Origin: Octopus sinensis
Lineage: Eukaryota
Direction: 5' to 3'
DNA: 64,000 bases
Assembly (NCBI RefSeq): GCF_006345805.1
Contig: NC_043016.1
Span: 2,232,001 to 2,296,000, forward strand
Shown: one piece after another, positions 13,034-23,840 of the stretch
How positions within the stretch are numbered: position 1 is the first letter of the stretch
Layout of the letters: each line of letters starts with the position of its first letter
Program-made: the position numbers and the translations under genes
Notes under the pieces: model-generated
The model's database searches: none
Told to the model about the DNA's origin: nothing
What the model saw: only the letters and a program-made list of their open reading frames with translations

Positions 13034-15115
13034 CATACATACATACATACATACACACACACACCACACATATATATATATATATATATGGCCTGCTCGC
13101 TTAGCCAGTGGGGTGGCGTCATTTGAAGGCTAAAACAAAGCGAAGCGCATTATGACCAGCGATGTGTAGCAACGTCTGATAGCTGGTCGGTCACGTGATC
13201 ACGTGATATATATATATGTATGTATGTATATAAGGTCCCTAAATAATTTTCTAAGATATTTTGCTTTGTAAATATGAATATATATATTCGTCACAACGTA
13301 TTGAATTCTCCTTTCCTTTTGAGACACAAACACACACACACTCATACACACACACGTTATGTGTATCTATCGTGTGTTGCTTTTGCTGTTCTTTGTCTTT
13401 TCCGTCATCGTCTTATATCTTTCTTTCTTTACAGTTATACTATAAATCAGCTGTAGCAGTAAGAGTAGAAACAACACAGCAGTAGCCGAATCATCGTCAT
13501 CATCATCAGTAGTAGTAGTCGTCGTAGTCAAAGGCTGCTCCTCTACCTCTTCATCCTTCACAAGAATTAACATGTCTTTGTGGCGGCGTTGTTTCTAACG
13601 ACAGATTTAATCTGGTCGACGTTTTCACAATACGTCCACGTGATGTGAGAGTGAACAAGAAAGGGCAAGAAAGCGAGGCAGAAAAAAACCTCAGCAAAAA
13701 CAAGGAGAAAAAGAGGAAATCAGAATGAGATAGAGAAAATGAGTGTAAGACTTTAACATCCATATTTTAAATATCAATCATTAAAGTTAGTGATTGTATT
13801 TTTTAAATATGAGTGCATGGTTACAGTCAATAATGGTTTCTTTTGACCAGTTAGATAGCAACCATTTTCTATCTGTAAAAATGATTTACAGTGAATTTTA
13901 TCTACCCTAACATCTTTATATGAAGGAGAGTTGTCTAGACGTTAAGGTGTTAAACTTAGGAGAATATAAAGTCATGGGCTGATTTCAAGACCGAGTGGTG
14001 CATTATATTCTCAATGAAAGTTTTGCTTAGGCGCTAATGGGTAGAGCTTATCAGCTTGTTTAAAAGAAATTCTATCAATATGAATCCATGCAGCTTGACA
14101 AAGTCATTGTCTTATTTGTGAAATCACATGACCCCAACGTGCATTGAAGATGAAATTCTATTTACCCACACACGCGAACAACAAGCATTACCGGATGTTT
14201 GGAGAAATCTGTATATCAATCCATTATCGGAGCATAAACAACGGTTAGTCTCACGATACCCCTTCAATCTTTTTCGTGTTTAGAACTACCGACTAAAGTG
14301 TCATGAAGATAGTCTGTTCCTCGACAGACCAAAAGACGCGTATGCCGAAAACAAATTTGTTCGTTTCGGAAATTCTGATCTCGCTGATGACTACTAGATG
14401 TAAATCTAGTGTCTCAAAGTCTTTAAATGATCTTGCTTTCAAGAACACATGTTAGTGACTCACAGTATGAACACATTAGGTAGCGAGTAAAGAGGAAGAG
14501 GTTTCGTTTTTGTATCCGTGGCGGCCAGGCAATCCTGTTTCGGGTATCTAAAGATGCCACATTAACTTCATTAGTATATACATTATATAGGAACTTCAAC
14601 ATCAAATAGCGTAGTTTTCACAAGAAATATGTCATATATCACATTGGAAAGGACTTGATACCTTGCTGTCTCCTGTTTACATATGTTTGGATTCGCTTTC
14701 TACTTATCCATAAACTCAGCGTTCGTGTTTTCGGAGAACAGTGAAATTAGTGAGTGCGTGTGTATTATTACTGTTACTCTTCATATTTTTGTCGTTTGTG
14801 GTCGACATCAAAATATTTTTCAGTACACTAATAAATCTGACAGCTCGTCCAGTATTGATGATGATGGTGATGACAATGGGGATGATGATGATGATGATGT
14901 TGGTGATGGTGGTGGTGGTGGCGATGATGACGACAACGACGACGATGATGAAGATGATGATAATGATGATAACGATAACAACAACAAAAACAATAATGAT
15001 GACGACGACAACAACAACAATAATACTCTTTTGCTTGTTTAATTTATTTGACTGCGGCCATGCTGGAGCACCGCCTTTAAAGAAAAATAAGTTTGTCATA
15101 ATAATAATGATGCTG

Positions 15116-15173
<58 letters not shown>

Positions 15174-15224
15174 TAATAATAATAATAATAATGATAATAA
15201 TAATAATAATAATGATAATAAATT

Positions 15225-17049
15225 ATATGAAGATGGAGTTTAGACTCTCATAATGTGCTACGATGATGATGAAACGAGGAAAACTTGGCAGGACAGGAGG
15301 CATATCGTTGCCAAATGGTGAGAAGATGAAGGCAATTCAACCTCAGTCCAGCTATAAATACCTGGGAATATTTGAGGTAGACAGAATTAAACACAATAAC
15401 ATGAAGGAAAAGACAAAAGTACCTGCGGCGAGTGAGAAAAATATTGGCTTGAAAGCTGAATGTCAGAAACAGAAATTCAGCAATGAACACACGCGCAGTC
15501 GCAGTAGTTCGATATGGTGCTAGAATCCTGAAGTGGACGGAGGAGAACTAAAGGAAATGAACAGGAAGTCAAGAAAGTTCCTAACGATGCAGGTGGCCCA
15601 TCAGCCACGTGCATACACTATACATGAAGAGAGCAAATGGAGGAAGGGGACTGATAAGTGTGGAAGACTGCGTGTGTATCGGAAACGAGAGCTTAGTGAG
15701 ATACCTGTTTCTTTATTTCCCACAAGGGGCTAAACATAGAGCGGACAAACAAGGACAAACAAACGGATTAAGTCGATTACATCGACCCCAGTGCTAGTAC
15801 TTAATTTATCGACCCCGAAAAGATGAAAGGCAAGTCGACCTCGGCGGAATTTGAACTCAGAACGTAACGGCAGACGAAATACAGCTAAGCATTTCGCCCG
15901 GCATGCTAACAGTTCTGCCAGCTCACCGCCTTTCCTTAATGAGATACCTAGCCCAAAGTAAGGAAACTTTGCTAGTGACAGATAGGAACGAGGGGTTATT
16001 GAGAGCAGAAAAAAAGAAAAACAAAGGAAGAAGTACAAAAAGGACATGTAAAAGAATTACGCAACAAGGGACTATACAATCAATTCCATGTAGCCACAAC
16101 AGAAGTTACTGGAAAACGTAAGTGGGATTGGTTGATGAAAGGATTACTATATATAAAAAGAAATCGAAAACATTATACTGGCAGCGGAAGACCAAGCTTT
16201 GGCTATAAACTGGAGGGTCTACCTTAGGTATGAGCAAGTGTTTCCGCTGTGCCGCATTTGCAGTATAGTGGATGAAACCATTGCCCATATCATGAACGAA
16301 TGCCCTGGACTTGACCAAAACTACTACAAGTTGTGACGAGACGATTAGGTGGCTAAAGTGTTACATTGGGAACTGTGCGAACAGTAGGGACCAGAAAGAG
16401 GCAAAACGAAGAATGAGCACTAACCGCAGAGAGTGGCAGAGTCGGAGACTAGCAAAATCCTCTGGGATTTCCCAATCCAAACAGACCGGGTGCTAGAGCA
16501 TAACAGACCGGATCTTGTGGTGGTGAACAAGGTGCACCACATATACTGTGTAGTTGATGTTGCATGCCCCTTTGACCCACAAATAGTCAAGAAGGAAGGC
16601 GAAAACTAGATACATACAACCCTCTTAAGTACGAAATAGTCCGGCTATGGAAAATGAAGGTGAAGATAGTGCCAATTATTGTTGGGCCCTTGGGAACAGT
16701 ATCAGAAGGCATCAAGGGGAATATGTAGGAAGTTAGAATAGAGTGCCCAGTAGAACTGTTACCAAAGCTTTGCCTCCGTGGCATAGCCAGAATAATCAGG
16801 AAAATATTAGATAACTGAAAAGAATGGATAGCATAGTACCAATTATTGTCGGGGACTTTGGTATAGTATCAAAAAATACTGAGAAGAACATAAAGGAAAG
16901 TGTCCGGTAGAGCTGTTGCAAAACGTTTGCCTGATTGATACGGCCGAAACCATTTGGAAATTATTAGATAGTTCAAGAGAATAAATAGTATGATACCGTA
17001 GGCCAGCTACTGATGTAAAATCCCAAAAGTTCCAACAAAACCTGAGTTA

Positions 17050-17050
<1 letters not shown>
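15225..17050 (+). mobile_element. Degenerate 5'-truncated R4/Dong LINE, interrupted by SINE-B, with a second related 3' end
   Basis: GISLPNGEKM..SYKYLGIFE; ETIAHIMNEC; HNRPDLVVV..VDVACPFD. (AAT)n on both sides. Confidence 0.8.
15707..15934 (-). mobile_element. tRNA-derived SINE, family B
   Basis: Head AAGGCGGTGAGCTGGCAGAA..GAGTTCAAATTCC, central GCCTTTCATC..GGGGTCGATAAA..AGTAC block (resembles a Nin/Deu-type domain, from memory). 15-bp TSD cttagtgagatacct 15692-15706 / cttaatgagatacct 15935-15949. Confidence 0.88.
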
Positions 17051-17104
<54 letters not shown>

Positions 17105-17145
17105 TAATAATAATAATAATAATAATATAATAATAATAGTAATAT

Positions 17146-17193
<48 letters not shown>

Positions 17194-17309
17194 TAATAAT
17201 AGTAATAATAATAATAATAATAATAAGAAGAAGAAGAAGAACAACAACAACAACAACAATAACAACAATAACTACAAAAATGAACTCTAATAACATAATA
17301 TTGCCTCAA

Positions 17310-19120
17310 GACAATATTATTAGATCACTGTAGAATAATGAGGAATACAAATAACTGGAATGCTACAAGACGGTTGGATAATGGAAATAGATATGAGAGA
17401 GAAAAATCTCTAAAGAGTAAGACAGAAGAATTAGGAAGGTACTCGAAATAAAATTAAATGGAACGAATATAATTAAAACCATAAATATATGGGCTATGCC
17501 TGTATTAAGATACTCTGCTACTTTTTTAAAATGGACCAAAGGCCAAGCTACAGAAACTCAGAAGGACTAAGTAGCAGCTCATGATGCCCAACACACTGCA
17601 CACAGATCAGCCTAAAAGCAATACCGACACACTCTACCTGCATTCAAGGGAAAGAGGTAAGAGATTGTTAAACTCAAAAGTCGCCGTTAATATTGCGAAA
17701 TTATTTATGGTTGAAAACTTGTGCAGAGTGAAGAATAGATACTAACGTCAGCCATAGATACCCTAAAACTTACTAAAACTGTTGGAGAATTCAAAAAGGA
17801 AGAACAAGTGAGCAAGCTGATAGAAAGAAATGGAGTTATGTAACAAAATGGAAGTAAAGAACGGTAGCTATGACTGACAGACCGAAACTTGAAACGAAAG
17901 AACGAAGTTCTAATTATAGCCACTCGGGAAAAAGCCATTAGAACGAATCTAACAAAGACTAAGATTCACAATATTCAGTCAGAGAAGGAATATGGTATCT
18001 GCTGGAAAAGAGACGAATTCCATAAAGAAGAAATCTCCGAGTTTGGTGAACCAAGAAGAAGCGCTGAAAAAGATGAACAAATGAAAACTCGTACTAAAAA
18101 TATTGTCTTGATTAATCTTAATGGCGAACGGTAGGAAAAACTACTTCATGACAAATACCCAGATAGAACTAACTTTTGTCAAAACTCTTACCCATCGATG
18201 ATTAGTGTCCTCTGGTTTAAAATCAGAGACAAGTGGTTATCATGACAGTCCAGAATCAATATCTACATTCAAGAAGTTATCAAACATCTTAAAAAACGAC
18301 AGCAGCCCATCATGCCGCGTTTGTAAGAAACAGGTTCAAATCATCGATCGCATTGTCTCCATGTGTATCCTTTTTGCATTTCAGAATATGTCAACAGGAA
18401 CAATAGAGCTGCACAGTATATCCCTTGGGTAATTTGTAAGGATCTGGATCTGCTCCACCATAAAAGCTGATGGGAATGCAAACCATCTCCAGGGTTTGAA
18501 AAATCATATTTCACTCCTATGAAACGTTTCAGTTCAAACTGACGGAAAGATAGTTGCAAATAAGTCAGATACTGTATTGAAGGATTTCAGACGAAAATCA
18601 TGCCTCCTCATCGAAATGATTGTCTCAACTGATATAAATATATCTGTCAAAACCTACCAAAAGTTGAGCAAGTACAAAGATCTTGAAAGAGAAATTGGCA
18701 AAACGGGTAAACTCAAGACTAGATATCTGTGGTTGTAGATGCCCTTAGAATAATAGTCAAAAGGGCTGAGTATTATCTTTCTCAAATCCCAGGGAATTAA
18801 AAATCCAAACAAAAAAAACAAGTAAGAAATTCAGGAAATAATATTGCCCATATCCTACGAAGAATATAGTCTATATAACTTCAAAACAATATTCTTTCAC
18901 ATATTATCAAAAGCACATTATTTCTTATGAACCCAAGGTACACAAAGCACAGACCACTCTCACCGATCTACATTTTTCTCCATAAACATGGCCGCTCTCA
19001 ACTATCCTAGTCATAATGCCCGCTTGAAGATATAACTTGCTATCTCTTCAGGTCTCTGGGTGTAGCTTGGACTTAGCTCATACAAACAAAATAGTATCCA
19101 AATATCATATTGATAATAAT
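17310..19120 (+). mobile_element. Old, heavily decayed R4/Dong LINE
   Basis: Remnants LNGTNIIKTINIWAMPVLRYSA, CRVCKKQVQIIDRIVSMC and an RLE-like region. Begins after (AAT)n/(AAC)n and ends in a short (TAA)n. Confidence 0.65.
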
Positions 19121-21419
19121 AATTATTATTTCTAAGTTAAGAACAAGGCTAGAAATAGTGTTAAGTAGTGAAGAGGAAGAGAGGTCAATGTAATCAATTT
19201 GATCGATCATAAAAATTGACTGTTACTACTTATTTCACTGAGACCCGGTGGAAGACAAAATGTATATATTCAGTGATAATTTAAACTCAGGACGTAAAGA
19301 AAAAAGCTCACTTAATAAAATCTGGCGCTCTGTCATTTCCTTCCGCTGTCCGTCGTCACCGAGAGTTTTTATAATTGCTGAAGCATGTATTGAGGATATA
19401 ATGGAAGACGGTGCAGAAACACTCTAGTGGAAAAGAAAGGATATTTAACGTTCGCTATGCTTAAAATAGACGATGTTCTTGTCTGTAGACGCACGCACAC
19501 ACACGTTCACGAATAAACAGACACATACATACGAATGCATACGTACACTTCTCACGCTTATACACAAACTGATGCATGCTCACTTACAGACATACACGAA
19601 CACATACATATTTTCACTGTTCCCCTCGTGCACACATAGCCACACGCATACACAAGTATTTTTCTCACTGTCTCTCTCTCTCTCTCTCACTGTTTCTCTC
19701 TCTCTCTCACTCCTTTCCCCCGAGTTGCTATGCGATTCTATGTAACTTTAGTCGTGAGTGAAAGAAACATATAAACAACGCGAAGAAAAAATGCCACAGT
19801 ATGTTTTTATTTTATTATTATTGTTTCATTACTTTTATTTTATTATTATTGTTATTTTTTATTTTTACTTTCTTATTGAATTTAGGAAGTTATTGTTAGT
19901 TTTAAATTTGAAATTAGCATACACCCTGTCTCCATAGTGGAAGTAAAACAAAAACAAACAAAAGAGTCGCAAAGAAATAAAGAATGGTTTTGTTGATCAA
20001 CCCTGAATTGGGGTATTTATTCTTCTTTTCTTCCCCCACCCTCTATTTGATTTGTTTTGTTTTCTTTTGGAGATTAATATCAAAGATGGTGGTGAAATCT
20101 GCCGGTGCTAACGTTGGGGACAATTTCTTTCTGTTACTATCTTTATCGAGCTGAAGAATTTACAAGACATGTTTTATTTAGATGTACTTTCTGGGAGTTT
20201 ATTTTAGCTGTATTTTTCAGTTTCAAATAAGATTCTGGTATGGGATAACACAGTAGTATGATGTGTGAAGGATAGCAAGTCACATGACTAAAAAAGAAAC
20301 AACGAGGACGAAAAGCAAGAATATATTAAAAGAAAAAAGGATTTCATAGCATTTTCGTGGTGGTTCTTCAAAGAAACTAAACTATGTTATCCTTACGAAA
20401 GAAGGCTATATCAGAACATTTAACTTCAGAATTTGTTAGGATTGCGTTGTTAGACATGGTTTCAGTTTCATATCATCTCCATCCCACTCTGGAGACACAG
20501 AAGAAGCAATTATAGATACAACGCCCTGAGAAATTACTAAATATACCTCAAGCATACCAAAGAGCCTCTGTGTAGTTAACTGGACTTACTAGAAATAGCA
20601 GCAAAGTTTTCTCGAAGAGTAACCCTAACATTTTAAAACAGGTCGAAACGTATGTCTATAGTTGTCCACTTGCCTTAAAAAATAAGGTAAAAATAAGGTA
20701 AAACACTGCCACTCCCGTAATTATGGAAATTAACTTGAAAATGTTATTCTTAATCACTTGAAATTACCTGGCCTTCATTGTAAGTCGCTAACAATCGCCA
20801 CGAGCTTTTCAGTATCTGTCTGCTCAGAAAGATATTTCAACGAAGAATCTATAATGAACGGTATTCGGTACAACAGCCTTTAACTTAACGGGCTAAAGTC
20901 ATGTCACGGAGCCTTTCCTGTAGTTCCCACTGGATCTTTACATTTTTAATTTGGCAAATTAGTCTCAGCTTAAAATATTTGTAACTTATTTCAGTAAATA
21001 AAAAATCTATTCAATGAGTTGTAAACCTACAAATCATTGAATAGATTGTATTATACTGACGAGGTGAAATGAGACCAAAACATGTTTTCAGTTATCTCTT
21101 GAGTGTAGACAAAGATTAAACTGCCTTTCCTTGAGCATGTTAATCAATTGGAGAAATGTATTATACTCTAGTAATTATCTCCCTTTGTCCTCGGGAATTA
21201 TAAACAGTTACCGTTGTGTTTTTGTTATATCTCTTCAACTTAGATGGAATTTTACAAAAATTAATAGTGCAATGCGTACGACATCCAATGCATCAATCTT
21301 TAACCAAATTTATATTATTGGTTTCTCTGAGTTATTACCTTCGCTTGAACAACAAAAATATATTAGAATATATATATATATAGTAAATACCCCCCACCAC
21401 AAAAAAAAACGAAGAACAA

Positions 21420-21851
21420 ACACAGGAAAAAATCAATAATGTGAGGACGTGGTGCATGCAAACGTTCAGAGGAGGAAAGAAAGGATGGTTTACGTTTCGA
21501 GCAAAGCTCTTCTTCAGCAATAGGAAACAGAGGAAAGTCTAAGAGAAAAGGAAGACGGAGAAAAAAGTCGCCATCGATTCACGTGGTTACATATTTATGT
21601 GTGTGTGTGTGTGTGGGGGGGGGGTAAATGCAAACACACACACTCACGCATACATGCATGCACATTCATACAAACGCACGCACACATGGTTCAAATGCAC
21701 AGATAATAAAAGACAGAGACAAGTGAGGGAACAAGAAGCAGGTATATTAGCTTCAAGGTCGGGAAATAATGGAAAAGGCTTTCACGTTTTAAGCCTACGC
21801 TCTTCGACAGACAGAATGAGGAAAACTGGAGAGAGAATGAAAAACACAGAA

Positions 21852-21860
<9 letters not shown>
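21420..21860 (-). mobile_element. Non-coding repeat with two HHR-like motifs (PLE pLTR or retrozyme-like), older copy
   Basis: Homologous to 26233-26640. Motifs at 21487-21520 (CUGAAGA-A-GAGC-UUU-GCUC-GAAA-CG-UA) and 21779-21814 (CUGUCGA variant, decayed). Confidence 0.65.
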
Positions 21861-21914
<54 letters not shown>

Positions 21915-21921
<7 letters not shown>

Positions 21922-22648
21922 ATTAAGGGTAGAAATTGATATCTATCAATTAAAACCAGTGGTCTAGCATATTAAAAAAGAATCCGAAGATTAAAATATT
22001 TATATATACCAATTAAGGACTGAACACGAAAAGTGGACAATCAACATGCTAGATATAGACGTCAAATCGCCATTCTCGACAAAAGATTATGTTCTCAAAT
22101 CAAACTCAGCACAAAACCAAAGCAATAAACAAGTGAAAATATACGAAATAAAATAATTACCCATGTACTGATCAGTTTCGGCTATTATTATCCGCAAAGA
22201 TAACTGTAGCATTCATCAGCATGGCCCGTTATAAATGCAATTTGCTGGACTAGATGCAAAAACGATACCGGAGTATCGCGTGCATGGAGTTCAACCTATT
22301 ACATTCGAATGTATCTTTCAAATGCCTTTACTTTGGCGCGTTGAGACCCGAAAAAAACCAGCCTGCAGCTAATAATTAGCAGCAGTCAATTTATCGTTTA
22401 GAGAACATATTTATTTATATAAAATTAATTAAGGGTAGAAATTGATATTTATCAATTAAAACCAGTGGTCTAGCATATTAAAAAAGAATCCGAAGATTAA
22501 AATATTTATTTATACCAATAAGGACTGTTTATTGCTTTGGTTTTGTGGTGAGTTTGATTTGAGAACATAATCTTTAGTGGAGAATGGCGATTTGACGTCT
22601 ATATCTAGCATGTTGACTGTCCACTTTTCGTGTTCAGTCCTTAATTGG

Positions 22649-22650
<2 letters not shown>
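21915..22650 (-). mobile_element. Non-autonomous PLE-like element with direct and inverted terminal repeats and one HHR
   Basis: Direct repeat ~21915-22022 / ~22417-22527 (period ~505 bp); 22528-22648 is the reverse complement of 22009-22129. (TA)n on both sides. Confidence 0.75.
22161..22224 (-). ncRNA. Type I hammerhead ribozyme
   Basis: CCAUG-CUGAUGA-A-UGCUA..UUAUC-UUUGCG-GAUAA..UAGCC-GAAA-CUGAUCAG-UA-CAUGG. Perfect 5-bp stem I, canonical core, palindromic stem III, GUA site; predicted cut between 22166 and 22165. Confidence 0.85.
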
Positions 22651-22680
<30 letters not shown>

Positions 22681-22750
22681 TATATATTATATTATATATA
22701 TTATATAATAGATAGATAGATAGATAGATATATAGATAGATAGATAGATT

Positions 22751-22829
<79 letters not shown>

Positions 22830-23129
22830 GATAGATAGAGAAACATGTCGGAGTAAATAGTTCTATATGTTGGAATGACCAGAAGGAAAGACCAATGGAA
22901 GGAGAGATAACAGTGACCCGCGTAAACAGGGGCGCACAGGCACGCGCGTGTATGTCCGGGGTGTGTGTGGTGAAGTGTGGGGTGATCTCGTGTGTATGTA
23001 TGCATCAGCGAGCATAAGAATATGTGATCCTGCGTGTGTGTGTATGTGTGTGTGTGTGCATGGGAGTGTATGTGTGTATGTGTATAACTTTTGTGTGTAT
23101 GTATACGTGTGTATGTCTATAACTTATTG

Positions 23130-23500
23130 CAGCAACAATGTTGAAAAGCATCAAGAAACTAATAAGGCATTACATGTCCCAACATGATAATGATCCTAAA
23201 CACACTTCAAAGATGACGACTTATAATATAAAAAGGTAAAGGTATTGCCTTGGCCTACCATGTCACCTGATTTAAACTCAATAGAACATCTGTGGTGTGT
23301 TTTAAAAAGAAAGGCTGAGGAGAAAAAAACCCACAATGTAACACGGACGACAGACATCATTCAGGATGAATGGAAGTTGATTTCGTCGGTTATATTCGGA
23401 AATTTAGTCGACTCTACACCCAGAAGGCTTAATGCAGTCATGAAAAGCAAGGACAGTCACACCAAATATTGAATGTAGCAAATAATCGTTTAGTGTATGC
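23130..23500 (+). mobile_element. Tc1-like transposase 3' fragment
   Basis: QHDNDPKHTSK, then WPTMSPDLNSIEHLW..RRLNAVMKSKDSHTKY* (ORF 23245..23472). Confidence 0.85.
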
Positions 23501-23727
23501 ATATTTTTATATCATTAGAAAATTAATATTTCATTCATATCTTCGGAAAATGTTTATGGCAGCGTTTCTCAACCGGGGTTCCGCAAAAGGTTCCTAGGAT
23601 TCCCGCGAGTAAGAATGAGATAAGCTAATGCTAATTTTATGATTGTAACATTACTATGCATATTAAAGGAATATTGTTATATGAACATCATCCTATCTAA
23701 AATATTATGTTATCAAATGTATAACAA

Positions 23728-23796
<69 letters not shown>

Positions 23797-23840
23797 GTTA
23801 ATCCAAACATGAACAAAGAGATAACACAACGTGAGGACGT

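Noticed and set aside
14385-14420. CUGAUGA followed by a hairpin
   Set aside because: No GAAA or stem III after the hairpin.
21056-21090. HHR-like CUGACGA-GGU..ACC-AAAA-CAUG-UU
   Set aside because: G12 is lost and stem I is absent.
23559-23620. hAT/Charlie-like TIR (cagcgtttctcaac); also a Tigger-like start near 31160
   Set aside because: Only one end is visible in each case, with no matching TIR or TSD.
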